From Candidatus Aerophobus profundus SCGC AAA252-L23 (GTDB lineage Bacteria > Aerophobota > Aerophobia > Aerophobales > Aerophobaceae), in contig AQRW01000183.1 in assembly GCA_000402295.1 (NCBI GenBank), positions 1 through 54,414 of the forward strand: a DNA stretch of 54,414 bases, written 5' to 3'. Shown piece by piece: positions 44,142 through 54,260 of the stretch. The position numbers and the translations under genes are program-made. The notes beneath the pieces were generated by a model. It searched no databases. It saw only the letters and a program-made list of their open reading frames with translations, and was not told the DNA's origin. Each line of letters begins with the position of its first letter. Positions within the stretch are counted from its first letter, which is position 1.

Positions 44142-45482
44142 CTAATAAGAACTGTAGTCAATCAACTGGCTAATACTCCCCTGCCACTTGCCCTTCCAGT
44201 TCTTGATTATTATGTCTGCTGGACACATCTCACGTTCTATAACAAGTTCCATCACCGGGTCAAGGTAGATAGTCTCATCCTCACCTTTGTCGTTGTACTG
44301 GCGCTGTTCCCTCAAACCGGAGTAGCTTATTCTCAGGAGTTCTTTGGCCAGATCAAGAATGCTCACCTCTTTTGACCTGGTCTTCAAACCGTCACGGGGA
44401 ACAGTGGAGTAAAGCTGACATCGTTCTTCCCAGGAGAAGTCTTTCATCAAGGACCAGACTGCTCTACAAGCCTCTTTGCTGTAAAGAATTCCCTTCCAGA
44501 GAGCCACAACCGCCGGGGCAAGTTGCATCCTCTGACAATCGGCGCATCTAACCTCAATGTAACTCTTGGCTCTCACCTCAGTGAAAATACTGGAAAGATG
44601 AAGCTGCCAGTCATCCCAGGTAGCTCGGTAGCACTGGTACCCATTCCTCAAGTAACTGGAGAAGTTGGTATCCTTAACCTCGATCCACCGATTGTCTCTT
44701 TTTAGGAAGAGCATGGGGACTTCCAGGGCGTAGTCCACGTAGGAGGAAAAGCTGGGATGGGAGAAAAACTCCCTTCCAATCAAACCGCAACGAGCCGGGT
44801 CGGTATGATTCCAGATGTGGGCTCTCCTACTTAGAAAACCGTTCAATTTTCCTTCAGAAATGGGAGAGTTAGCAAAAATAGCCGTTACTACTGGAACCAA
44901 GACCAGTGCCGTCCGCATTTTCTCAGCAAAATCGTTCTCATTTAAGTAGTCTACGTTTACTTGAATTGAAGCAGTCATTTTCATCATCTGATGACTGAGT
45001 TTTCCCTGTTTGGCCATATGAGGGGACATAATCCTGTATCTATTCTTCGGCACCCATTGGATATCTTCCAACTGACTAACCGGTTGTATTCCCAAACCTA
45101 ACCATCTTATGTTAAGAGGATCTGAAACAGACTTAACCTCTCTAATATGATTTACCAGCTCACCATTCAACTGATGGATATTATCAAAAGTGTCTCCGCT
45201 GAGCTCGATTTGGCCACCGGGCTCCAGGGTTATCCAGGTATTACCCCGGGAAAGAGCAATAATCTTGTCCCCTTCTCTCGCCGGCTTCCACCCGAATCTC
45301 TGACTTAAGCCAGAGAGAACTGCAGCGACCCCTTCTTTTCCCTGGTAGGGAATGGCTGTCCCCGAAGGGTAGAAAACACCCAATTTTTCAAACTCTGCCC
45401 CTACTCTTAGCTCTTCTTCCGAACAACAAGACTCCCAGAAGTAGTCCACCAGTTGTTGGCGGCCAGTAACTGTCTCGTCCAT
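44142..45482 (-). CDS. gshA: glutamate--cysteine ligase, plant/GCS2-type
   Basis: 446 aa. TLEPGGQIELSG and the overall pattern match the plant-type gamma-glutamylcysteine synthetase family. Confidence 0.75.
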   Translation of the reverse strand: MDETVTGRQQLVDYFWESCCSEEELRVGAEFEKLGVFYPSGTAIPYQGKEGVAAVLSGLSQRFGWKPAREGDKIIALSRGNTWITLEPGGQIELSGDTFDNIHQLNGELVNHIREVKSVSDPLNIRWLGLGIQPVSQLEDIQWVPKNRYRIMSPHMAKQGKLSHQMMKMTASIQVNVDYLNENDFAEKMRTALVLVPVVTAIFANSPISEGKLNGFLSRRAHIWNHTDPARCGLIGREFFSHPSFSSYVDYALEVPMLFLKRDNRWIEVKDTNFSSYLRNGYQCYRATWDDWQLHLSSIFTEVRAKSYIEVRCADCQRMQLAPAVVALWKGILYSKEACRAVWSLMKDFSWEERCQLYSTVPRDGLKTRSKEVSILDLAKELLRISYSGLREQRQYNDKGEDETIYLDPVMELVIEREMCPADIIIKNWKGKWQGSISQLIDYSSY

Positions 45483-45551
45483 GAATGATTCTCTTTTCCT
45501 GAATATTGTTCCTGTATCTTATGCTGGATAGTTCTTGGTGTCAAACCTGAC

Positions 45552-45579
45552 TTGACTGACCCTTTTCCTCTGGTATAAA
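45552..45579 (+). promoter_or_regulatory. candidate promoter for gshB
   Basis: TTGACT (45552-45557), a 16-nt spacer, TATAAA (45574-45579). This favours the second in-frame GTG (45596) as the start. Confidence 0.4.
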
Positions 45580-45595
45580 TTTAGTGGAGGTTAAG

Positions 45596-46549
45596 GTGAG
45601 TCTACAGATAGGATTCATAATGGACTCTTTTGACGCCTTAGACAGCATAGATGAAGACACCAGTTGTTGCCTGATTGCGGAGTGCCTGAGGAGAGGACAT
45701 CGAGTTTATTACTTCCAGGTCAAAGACCTTGAACTTCAGAAAAGCCAAACCCGGGGTAGAGTAAATAGAATAACAGAAAAAACTGCCCATAGGTTTGAGA
45801 TGGCTGGGCCAAAGATGATGCAGCTCGATGAACTGCAGGTTATCTTCATGCGTAAGGACCCTCCTTTTGATCTGGATTACCTTTATTCTACCTATATTCT
45901 GGAATATGTCCGGCCCACCACCCTTATCGTCAATAGCCCCCGGGGAATCAGGAATGCCAATGAAAAACTTTATCTACTTAATTTCCCCCAATTTGCTCCC
46001 CGCAGCCTGGTGAGCAAGAAGCCTGAAGAACTCAAGAAGTTTCTCTCGGAGATAGGGGGACAAATGGTGACCAAGCCCCTTAATAATTGCAGCGGGAGGG
46101 GAGTGCTTTACCTACGAAAAGACGATATCAATCTAAACTCTCTTCTCGAGGTAGCTACCCGGGAAGGAGAAGAATTTGTCATGGCTCAAGAGTATCTACC
46201 TCAGGTGCGGGAGGGCGATAAGAGGATTCTACTCCTGGAGGGAAAACCTTTGGGAGCGATGCGCAGAGTTCCCCCGGTTGATGATTACCGGGCAAATATT
46301 CATCAGGGTGCTAAGTTCGCCCGGGCAGAAATTTGCCCCCGGGATGAAGAAATCTGTCGCTACTTATCCCCTCACCTACTAAAAGAGGGAATTTATTTTG
46401 CCGGGATTGACCTGATAGGGGAGAAAATAGTAGAGATAAATGTCACCAGTCCGGCGGGGATACCTGAGATAAACAGGCTAAGCGGAACCCATCTGGAAAA
46501 GACAGTGATAGACTGGCTAGAGGAGAAATCTGAATTATCTGATAAATAA
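45596..46549 (+). CDS. gshB: glutathione synthetase (ATP-grasp)
   Basis: MRKDPPFDLDYLYSTYILE and an ATP-grasp C-terminal half (KPLNNCSGRGV...EINVTSP). The start is uncertain: GTG 45584 in the track, or GTG 45596 behind GGAGG. Confidence 0.8.
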   Translation: MSLQIGFIMDSFDALDSIDEDTSCCLIAECLRRGHRVYYFQVKDLELQKSQTRGRVNRITEKTAHRFEMAGPKMMQLDELQVIFMRKDPPFDLDYLYSTYILEYVRPTTLIVNSPRGIRNANEKLYLLNFPQFAPRSLVSKKPEELKKFLSEIGGQMVTKPLNNCSGRGVLYLRKDDINLNSLLEVATREGEEFVMAQEYLPQVREGDKRILLLEGKPLGAMRRVPPVDDYRANIHQGAKFARAEICPRDEEICRYLSPHLLKEGIYFAGIDLIGEKIVEINVTSPAGIPEINRLSGTHLEKTVIDWLEEKSELSDK

Positions 46550-46570
46550 GATCAAAGGCGGGTACCCAAA

Positions 46571-46861
46571 ATGGCCAAAAAGGGAGAAATGGAAAAATCT
46601 CAGCCTTGTTGCCCCTCTGCGGACCAACAAAGAGGTTGCTGTAAGGTTGAATCAGTAATCAGTATAGATGAGAGGGGACAGATGGTGCTTCCTAAGGAGA
46701 TTCGAGATAAGGCCAGAATTAGTGCTGGAGATAAATTAGCCGTCATCAGCTGGGAAAGAAATGGTGAGGTGTGCTGTATTTCTTTGATCAAGGTGCAGGG
46801 TTTTTCTCAAATGATAAACAGTCTCCTCGGACCCATGATGCAAGAGATAATTGCCAAATGA
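46571..46861 (+). CDS. AbrB/SpoVT-type DNA-binding domain protein with three vicinal cysteine pairs
   Basis: [21 protein letters not shown] is the SpoVT/AbrB swapped-hairpin motif. CC pairs occur at PCCP, GCCK and VCCI. Confidence 0.6.
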   Translation: MAKKGEMEKSQPCCPSADQQRGCCKVESVISIDERGQMVLPKEIRDKARISAGDKLAVISWERNGEVCCISLIKVQGFSQMINSLLGPMMQEIIAK

Positions 46862-46892
46862 CCTCAGCGATGACACCGGGAGGAAGTCAAAA

Positions 46893-47732
46893 ATGAAAGC
46901 CGAAGAAACCAGAAAATTGGTGAGAGATGGTTATGCTAAGATAGCCAAACAGTACGGTTCCTGCTGCTCTTCCACCAAATCATGCTGTCAGGGGACACTT
47001 AGCGCCAAGGATATCAGTAAGGGAATAGGATACACTGAAGAGGAGCTGAAAACTGCTCCGGAAGGAGCAAATTTAGGTCTTGGCTGCGGGAACCCAGTGG
47101 CTATCGCCTCACTGAGAGAAGGAGAGACTGTTCTGGATCTCGGTTCGGGTGCGGGATTTGACTGTTTTCTTGCCGCCAATGAAGTGGGCCCAAGTGGGAG
47201 AGTTATTGGCGTAGACATGACCCCGGAGATGGTTGAGAAGGCGAGAGAAAACGCTCAGAGGAACAACTACCAAAACGTAGAGTTCCGGCTGGCAGAGATT
47301 GAACATCTACCGGTAGCTGATGACTCAGTTGACGTAATCATTTCGAATTGTGTCATTAATCTTTCACCTGATAAAGGGAAAGTCTTTAGGGAAGCCTTCC
47401 GGGTACTCAAGCCAGGTGGTAGACTGATGATCTCGGATTTGGTCCTGCTGAAGGAACTGCCCAATTTCCTGAAGAACTCTGCCCGGGGATACGTTGGTTG
47501 TATCTCTGGAGCGATGTTGAAGGAGAAATACATAGAAACCATAACAGCAGCGGGATTCCAGAAAACAAGAATAGTTGATGAAACACTATTTCCTGTAGAG
47601 TACATTGTTAATGACCTGGCCTCAGAGCTGAATATCAATAGTCCGGAAATACCATCGGCAAAAATGAATGATCTTAGCAATTCAATCGCTAGCCTGAAAG
47701 TCCAGGCTATGAAACCAGACAGAATGAGCTGA
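46893..47732 (+). CDS. arsM: arsenite S-adenosylmethionine methyltransferase
   Basis: ATG 46893 lies behind [31 protein letters not shown] (SAM motif I), [17 protein letters not shown] and N-terminal Cys clusters ([11 protein letters not shown]) are typical of ArsM. Confidence 0.75.
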   Translation: MKAEETRKLVRDGYAKIAKQYGSCCSSTKSCCQGTLSAKDISKGIGYTEEELKTAPEGANLGLGCGNPVAIASLREGETVLDLGSGAGFDCFLAANEVGPSGRVIGVDMTPEMVEKARENAQRNNYQNVEFRLAEIEHLPVADDSVDVIISNCVINLSPDKGKVFREAFRVLKPGGRLMISDLVLLKELPNFLKNSARGYVGCISGAMLKEKYIETITAAGFQKTRIVDETLFPVEYIVNDLASELNINSPEIPSAKMNDLSNSIASLKVQAMKPDRMS

Positions 47733-47784
47733 AGAGTCTATCGGGCGCCTACTGGTATCTGGTATTTTGTACCCTACACTTGGG

Positions 47785-48633
47785 ATGAAAAAGATGAATA
47801 CTGACGAAAAACGGTTCAAGGTAGCTGCCATTCAGATGACTTCGGTCAATCATAAGGAGACTAACCTGAAAAAGGCCGAGGGATTTATCTCTCTGGCGGC
47901 TAAGGAAGGAGCCAAAGTTGTGGCTTTGCCGGAGATGTTTAATTTCTCCGGTGCAGTCAAGGAAAAAAGAGTAAATGCGGAATTCATTCCGGGACCGACC
48001 ATCAATCGACTAAGTAGGATAGCCAAAAATCTCCAGATATATCTTCTTGGTGGAAGTATCCTGGAGAAGTCCGGTGATAAAGACAATGGCTTATTCTACA
48101 ATACCAGTGTTTTTTTCAATCCCCAGGGGAAAATCATTGCCAGGTACCGAAAGCTACATCTTTTTGACGTCGCCTTGCCCGATGGCTCCTGGCGGCGAGA
48201 ATCAGAGCTAATCACTCCGGGAGATGAGGTTATTCAGGTGACAACTCCTCTGGCTACTTTTGGCCTGAGCATATGCTATGACCTCCGATTTCCCGAACTG
48301 TACCGGAGATTAGCCAGAAAAGAAGCTCAGATTATCTTTGTTCCCTCGGCTTTCACTCTTGAGACTGGTAAGGACCACTGGGAGACTCTGATAAGGGCCA
48401 GAGCCATAGAGAATCAATTTTATGTGATTGCTCCGGATCAAATTGGCTCAGATCTTCAGGGCCAGAGGTGTTGGGGCAAGAGCATGATCTTAGACCCCTG
48501 GGGGACCATCTTGGCCCAGGCACCAGAAAAAGAGACCGTTATTTTTGCCCCGATAGATTTATCTTATCAGCAAAAGATTAGAGAAACTTTACCTTGTCTT
48601 TCTCACCGAAGGAACGATCTCTTCAACATCTGA
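47785..48633 (+). CDS. carbon-nitrogen hydrolase (nitrilase superfamily)
   Basis: VVALPEMF (Glu), YRKLHLFD (Lys) and LSICYDLRFPE (Cys) form the catalytic triad contexts. The start is uncertain (TTG 47767, ATG 47785 or ATG 47794). Confidence 0.8.
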   Translation: MKKMNTDEKRFKVAAIQMTSVNHKETNLKKAEGFISLAAKEGAKVVALPEMFNFSGAVKEKRVNAEFIPGPTINRLSRIAKNLQIYLLGGSILEKSGDKDNGLFYNTSVFFNPQGKIIARYRKLHLFDVALPDGSWRRESELITPGDEVIQVTTPLATFGLSICYDLRFPELYRRLARKEAQIIFVPSAFTLETGKDHWETLIRARAIENQFYVIAPDQIGSDLQGQRCWGKSMILDPWGTILAQAPEKETVIFAPIDLSYQQKIRETLPCLSHRRNDLFNI

Positions 48634-48687
48634 CCTCAACTGCGTACGATCACCTCCGTTCTACCCGGAAGACTACCTATATAACCA

Positions 48688-48837
48688 TTATTCCTTCAAA
48701 GCACCGAAGGTAAGTCCTCGAATAAATTGCCTCTGAAACAAAAAGTAAGCTACAATTACGGGGATAATGGCTAAAGTCAAAGCAGCAAATCGTAATTCCC
48801 ACTCCCCAAAGTCCTGTCCGGCCAATGGGGTCCACAC
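48688..48837 (-). pseudogene. C-terminal fragment of a third sugar-ABC permease
   Basis: The 49-codon frame (GTG behind AAGGAGGTGGG) encodes ..GEWELRFAALTLAIIPVIVAYFLFQRQFIRGLTFGALKE. This mimics the C-terminal end of MalG-type permeases (compare ..VFAQKYLISGLTAGAIKG of the adjacent gene). Confidence 0.5.
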
Positions 48838-48932
48838 CCCACCTCCTTGTCACCGTATTTAGTCCTTATCTTCTTTCACGGCAGCTCTGTTTATTGTTTT
48901 CTTCCCTATCGAGAGTGTGAAACTAATCCGTA

Positions 48933-49775
48933 TCATCCTTTAATCGCCCCGGCGGTTAATCCGGATATAAGGTATTTTTGAGCAAAAACAAAGGGAATGA
49001 TTGGCAAGACTGCCAAGGTTGACCCGGCCATGAGAAGACCCCATTCACATTTAAACTCAGCAATGAAACCGGCCAAACCAACTGTCAGCGGTTGCATAAC
49101 TTCTTCTGTGGTAAGCATAAGACCCATGAGAAAATTAGTCCAGGCTACAATGAAACAAAATATAGCTGTGGCTATAACTCCTGGGATAGCCAGAGGGAAC
49201 ACAACCTTCACAAACGCCCTCATTCGCCCACACCCATCCACCAGTGCCGCCTCATCCAATTCCCTGGGAATACTGATAAAGTAGCTGGTAAGCATCCAGG
49301 TGGCAAAAGGGAAAGTAAATGATATATAGGCAATCCCCACCCCCGCATAAGTATTGAGCAAACCTATGCTTTTGAGAACCATATAATACGGGATAGCTAA
49401 TGAAATTTGAGGAACGGTGGTGAAGAAAAGAATAATCAGCATCAATTGGCTCTTTCCTTTAAAGGCAAATCTGGAAAAACTGTAGGCTGCTATGGCCGAG
49501 ACAGTGATTCCTACCACAATGGTCATAATGGCAAGAATTGAACTATTCAAAAACCAGCGCCAGAAGGGGACCTTGATGAATAGATAGGCATAGTTACGGA
49601 GAGTAATTTGTCCCAGCCGGGGAAAATACTGAATGGGAGTATTGTTGAGTACCTCGGCCGGTAAGATGGCCGTTCTAATCATCCAGAAAAAGAAGAAAAC
49701 GATCGGCACCGAAATCAGTATCAAGTAAGCAAAAGCAGACCAATTAAGTAATGATTGCTTGGTACTATACCTCAT
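48933..49775 (-). CDS. carbohydrate ABC transporter permease (MalG-like)
   Basis: 280 aa, 6 TM segments, EAA loop ELDEAALVDGCGRMRAFVKVVFPL. Confidence 0.85.
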   Translation of the reverse strand: MRYSTKQSLLNWSAFAYLILISVPIVFFFFWMIRTAILPAEVLNNTPIQYFPRLGQITLRNYAYLFIKVPFWRWFLNSSILAIMTIVVGITVSAIAAYSFSRFAFKGKSQLMLIILFFTTVPQISLAIPYYMVLKSIGLLNTYAGVGIAYISFTFPFATWMLTSYFISIPRELDEAALVDGCGRMRAFVKVVFPLAIPGVIATAIFCFIVAWTNFLMGLMLTTEEVMQPLTVGLAGFIAEFKCEWGLLMAGSTLAVLPIIPFVFAQKYLISGLTAGAIKG

Positions 49776-49835
49776 AATATAACTCCCTGGGCTTTGTACT
49801 CGGTTCTAAGCCTCATAGAACAGTACGATCACTCT

Positions 49836-50732
49836 CTATCGAGCCTGTTCTCCTCTCGTCCTGCTCCCCCAAAGCATTTTCATGTAAAAATACATAAACG
49901 TCAGCAAAATTGCCAGAGAAAGAATTGACAAAGCACAACTTCTTCCAAAACGATACTTTTGAAATAGGGTACGATAGATAAATAGGGATATTGTCTCGGT
50001 AGTAGATACCGGTCCGCCCTGGGTTATAATGTAAACAAAATCTATGAAGTTGAAGTTCCAGACCAGGGATAATATGAGGGCCAGGACAATGGTCAGTTTA
50101 GCGCTGGGTAGAGTAATATGGACAAAGCTATTCCAAATTCCGGCTCCATCCACTCGTGCGGCCTCATAGAGCTGTACAGGAACCGATTGTAGTGCGGCCA
50201 GGATCATGACAATGACAAAGGGACAGCTTCTCCATGAGGTAAGAAGGATCAAAGACGGCAGAGCTAACTTTATGGAACCAAAAAAAAATATGGGCTCTTT
50301 TAATAGACCAAATCTCATCATTAGATCGCTGACCGGTCCGACCAATCCATGGAATATCCATCTGCTGGTTATAGCAATAACCGTGGTCGGAAGCATCCAG
50401 GGAATGAGAATCATGGCTCTAAAGATATCACGTCCTGGTATAGTTCGGTTCAGAGCAAGAGCGGTCACCAGACCTACCATAAAGTTTACTAGAACAATTC
50501 CGCCGGCATAGACAAAACTTATGCGCATTTTTGTCCAAAATACCGGGCTCAAAATATAGTAGATGTAATTATCTAAACCTATCCATTTGGTAGCAAAGGC
50601 TCTCAGGAGAAATTTGTACTGAAAACTCCAGAGGAAACCCAAGGTAAGCGGCCAGATATACACAAAAACAACAACCACAGCGCCAGGCAGTATAAGAAAG
50701 TAAGGTAAAAGATTCCATTTTTTCATAGTCAA
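49836..50732 (-). CDS. carbohydrate ABC transporter permease (MalF-like)
   Basis: 298 aa, EAA loop YEAARVDGAGIWNSFVHITLP. Confidence 0.85.
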   Translation of the reverse strand: MTMKKWNLLPYFLILPGAVVVVFVYIWPLTLGFLWSFQYKFLLRAFATKWIGLDNYIYYILSPVFWTKMRISFVYAGGIVLVNFMVGLVTALALNRTIPGRDIFRAMILIPWMLPTTVIAITSRWIFHGLVGPVSDLMMRFGLLKEPIFFFGSIKLALPSLILLTSWRSCPFVIVMILAALQSVPVQLYEAARVDGAGIWNSFVHITLPSAKLTIVLALILSLVWNFNFIDFVYIITQGGPVSTTETISLFIYRTLFQKYRFGRSCALSILSLAILLTFMYFYMKMLWGSRTRGEQAR

Positions 50733-50884
50733 ACACCATTGGATCTGGCTTTTAAATTTTCACCTGAGGTTTTGATTATTCTCATAAATCTCTTACTCGG
50801 GAGGAGGGAAGATATATCTTCCCTCCTCGGAAACATCCAATAAACCCAGCTACCTAATCTACCTTTGATTTCCAAACCCACCGA

Positions 50885-52210
50885 TTATTGTTGGTAAATC
50901 TCGTCCAAATCTTCCTGTATAAAGCCAGCCCATTCTTCCACCGCTTTTTCGGGACGGGCTCCAGCTATCAGATACGCCCTTTCCAGAACACTCAGCGTTT
51001 CCTCCATGCTGGTCTCAAACCCCGGCTCCAAGGGATAAATACGATAACGTTCCGTAGGATTGTCTACCAGACAGTCCACCATCTGTTTCCAGCGAGGTCC
51101 TTTGGCAGCAAATTTATCCAGAAGTCTGGTCTGAACCGGGAGCTGACCTACTGTCTCCACTCTCATCTCGATGACATCGTCATCAGAGGCGAGAAAGTGG
51201 ATGAACTTCCAGGCCTCTTCTTTGTGCTCAGACCCCTTGGTTATCATCATAGAATAGTTAGAAGCCTCTGACCAGGTGGTAGTTCCATCGGGTCCCTTTG
51301 GTTGGGGAACAACTCCCCAGTTTACCTTTTCCATTTGCCATCCTAGCCAATTCAGATGGTGGTAGGTCGAGGTTATACCCATGTCGAAGGCTCTAATAGC
51401 CTCTTGCCAGCCGGCAGATATCCAAGCCTCGGGAGGAGGAGTCACTTTGTATTTGGTAGTTAGCTCAACGAAGTACTTGAAACCTGCTTTTGCCTTAGGC
51501 GTGTTAAAAGCCGCTTTTCTCTTCCCATCAGCTTGAATCTTCCAGTAGCCGGCATCCTTATCAAAGATAAACATCCAGGAAGGAGCAATGTGGGCCAGCC
51601 AGGCACCACCCGGAGCACCATAACCGTACTGGTCTATTTTACCATCACCGTTAACATCACGAGTCAGCTTCTGCATTGCCGGCAGAAATTCGTCAAATTC
51701 CCTGGGAGGAGCTACTAAACCAACCTCTTTGAACTGATCCACATTGTAGAACACCCCGGTAACACAGAAATAGGGAGGCAAACCGTAAGTATGTCCTTCA
51801 TAGGTAACGACATCCCAATATCCTTTGGGAATAGAGTTGTACAGATCGAGGGTGATATAACTCTCCAGTGGTTCCATAGCCCCTAAATAACAGAACTCAC
51901 CGGTATATCCGCCGCAATTGACCATTCCGTCGCAACAAGGAGCACCAGCCATAATAGAGGCCAGGAATTTCTCTCTTTGTTCCACCCATCCGGCCCGATC
52001 GATAGTAACATCAATGTTGGGAAATCTGCTCTCAAAAATTACCACTGCCTTGTCCATGGATTCTCGTCGCTTTTGGGTCGGTCCAAACTGCATCATCACT
52101 ATTTCTGTCTTGTCCTCTGCCAGCAGAGGAACCGCTATACCCAACAGAACTGAGAAACATATGATACCTACTATCCATTTTTGCAACCGCCTACCTCTTT
52201 TTTCTTCCAT
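50885..52210 (-). CDS. ABC transporter extracellular solute-binding protein (family 1)
   Basis: 441 aa with a signal anchor, located upstream of the two permeases on the same strand. Confidence 0.8.
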   Translation of the reverse strand: MEEKRGRRLQKWIVGIICFSVLLGIAVPLLAEDKTEIVMMQFGPTQKRRESMDKAVVIFESRFPNIDVTIDRAGWVEQREKFLASIMAGAPCCDGMVNCGGYTGEFCYLGAMEPLESYITLDLYNSIPKGYWDVVTYEGHTYGLPPYFCVTGVFYNVDQFKEVGLVAPPREFDEFLPAMQKLTRDVNGDGKIDQYGYGAPGGAWLAHIAPSWMFIFDKDAGYWKIQADGKRKAAFNTPKAKAGFKYFVELTTKYKVTPPPEAWISAGWQEAIRAFDMGITSTYHHLNWLGWQMEKVNWGVVPQPKGPDGTTTWSEASNYSMMITKGSEHKEEAWKFIHFLASDDDVIEMRVETVGQLPVQTRLLDKFAAKGPRWKQMVDCLVDNPTERYRIYPLEPGFETSMEETLSVLERAYLIAGARPEKAVEEWAGFIQEDLDEIYQQ

Positions 52211-52354
52211 TTCTTCCTCCTTCTCGTATTATCCAAACTGACTTAAGTTACCACACAGACTGCCCCCGTCTTTACATTGCGGCCATCACCTCCTTTGTTG
52301 GGACGGAAAGTTAAGTACAAAGGTTACTTACCTTCTCAGGTAATATCTCTTATC

Positions 52355-53230
52355 TCAAATAATATGGAGCTTTTGGAGTGTCTCTTTAATTGCTACTTTT
52401 TCTTGCTCGTTCAGTTCAGTTAGAGGAGGACGAGGTCTGCCAGCATCAAAACCAGCTAAACTCATAGCATATTTTAGAATAGGTACCGGATTGGTTCTCG
52501 ATCCATATATTTTGAAATAAGTAATCAAATCAAAGTATACTTCTAAACCTCCTTTAATATCTCCTGAGAGATAGAAATCTACCAATTTTTGCACCCTATC
52601 ACCAATCATAGGCTCACAAACTACTCCTATGCCCCCTTGGGCTAGAATACAGGGAGCCAGTGCCGCACTACCGGCATACACCTTAAAGCCTCGGGAGGAT
52701 TTCATGATAGTTTCAGCCACCTGAAGGGGATTGGGTCCGATTTCTTTAATGGCAAATATGTTTTCAATTTCAGACAATCGGGCAATGGTATCGGGTTCAA
52801 TGTTTACCCCAGCAAAACCAACATTATAAATCATGACGGGGAGTTTGGTATTTTCAGCAATCACCTTGAAATGTCGGTAAATTCCTTCCTGCGAAGGTTT
52901 TAGGTAGTAAGGGGGGGCTAACATAGCTACATCTACCCCTACTTCCTCAGCAGCTTTGGTGAGATTGATACCTTCCTTGGTAAATGCTGCACCTGTCCCG
53001 GCAATCAGGGGCTTTTCTCCAATGACCCTTTTCACAGTTTTGAACAACTTCACCTTTTCTTCAAAGGTCATTGAGGTAAACTCACCAGAAGTAGCGGTGA
53101 CCACAACGCTATCAGTAAAAGACAATGAACTTACTTTTCTCCCCAATTGAGCAGCTTTTTCATAATCAACCTCAAATTCCTCGTCAAATGGTGTGGGAAG
53201 AGGAATAAGCAGTTTTCCTAAATCTATCAT
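52355..53230 (-). CDS. dihydrodipicolinate synthase/N-acetylneuraminate lyase family protein
   Basis: 291 aa. TATSGEFTSMTFEEK, YNVGF and the Schiff-base Lys context FAIKEIG. Confidence 0.8.
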   Translation of the reverse strand: MIDLGKLLIPLPTPFDEEFEVDYEKAAQLGRKVSSLSFTDSVVVTATSGEFTSMTFEEKVKLFKTVKRVIGEKPLIAGTGAAFTKEGINLTKAAEEVGVDVAMLAPPYYLKPSQEGIYRHFKVIAENTKLPVMIYNVGFAGVNIEPDTIARLSEIENIFAIKEIGPNPLQVAETIMKSSRGFKVYAGSAALAPCILAQGGIGVVCEPMIGDRVQKLVDFYLSGDIKGGLEVYFDLITYFKIYGSRTNPVPILKYAMSLAGFDAGRPRPPLTELNEQEKVAIKETLQKLHII

Positions 53231-53276
53231 TTATCCATCTCCTTAATCTATCTTTTTATTTGCTCACTGCTCCCGC

Positions 53277-54260
53277 TTAGAGTGCTCCTAAATCTTTAAG
53301 AACACTCTTTAGTTCACCCTTTTCCTCAGCGGTGATGTTTTCCATGGGATCTCTGGCCTTGCCTCCGGGTAGTCCAATAATATCCATGGCTGCCTTACAG
53401 ACACCTTGATAAAAAGGAAGATCCGGTAGAGAAATGTGCGGTGAGAGAATGGTAGGCAGCACCCCGCGTTTTTTGGCTACCTTAGCGATGAACTCATGAT
53501 AAGGAGCTATTTTATCTATTAGCTGGGTCAGTTTGCTAAAGTCTCTTTGCTGGGCGGCTTTAGTGATGCCCGTGGCGATATCGGGGACAAAATTAGCCAG
53601 CTCGGTAACATATCCGGGGCAGCCAAAAAGGGCCTCAAAGGGATACATTAGTTGGCCCAGGCCGCAGAGAATCTTCATATCTTGAGGATCCACCGCTCTT
53701 TGCATCCAGTAGTATCCCGGGGCACTAGCCGTGTTCTCCTTGTCCAGAACAATGTTCTCTATCTTGGAGAGTCTGGCCATTAGCTCTGGATCAACATACA
53801 TTTTAGTGGTGACCGGGTTATTGTATACCATAAGGCCAATTTTAAGACCATCGGCTATCCTCTTAAAATGTCGGTAGATACCCTCACGGGTAACCAGGTG
53901 ATAATAAGGGTGACAAATCATTACTCCATCGGCACCGGCATCCTGGGCATATCGGCTCATCTCAAGGGCATAGCGGGTACCGGCTCGTCCGGTTCCCACT
54001 ATCACCGGAAACCGACTATTTACTTCATCAACCACGATTTCGGCCACCTTCTTACACTCCTCATCATTCAGGGCATAAAACTCACCGGTGCTTCCGGTAG
54101 GAAGAAATACGGCATCTTCTCCTTTGAGCTTATCAGCTACCCAACTCACGGACTCCCTGAGGGCTTTTTCATCAAGGTGATCCTGGGCATCGAAGGGAGT
54201 CATTACCAAATGGATAATACCCTTGGCCTTGTCTTTCAGTTCCTTTGGCTGCATGGACAT
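53277..54260 (-). CDS. dihydrodipicolinate synthase family protein (second paralog)
   Basis: 327 aa. PTGSTGEFYALNDEE, MVYNNP and IVLDKEN (Lys context). Confidence 0.8.
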   Translation of the reverse strand: MSMQPKELKDKAKGIIHLVMTPFDAQDHLDEKALRESVSWVADKLKGEDAVFLPTGSTGEFYALNDEECKKVAEIVVDEVNSRFPVIVGTGRAGTRYALEMSRYAQDAGADGVMICHPYYHLVTREGIYRHFKRIADGLKIGLMVYNNPVTTKMYVDPELMARLSKIENIVLDKENTASAPGYYWMQRAVDPQDMKILCGLGQLMYPFEALFGCPGYVTELANFVPDIATGITKAAQQRDFSKLTQLIDKIAPYHEFIAKVAKKRGVLPTILSPHISLPDLPFYQGVCKAAMDIIGLPGGKARDPMENITAEEKGELKSVLKDLGAL

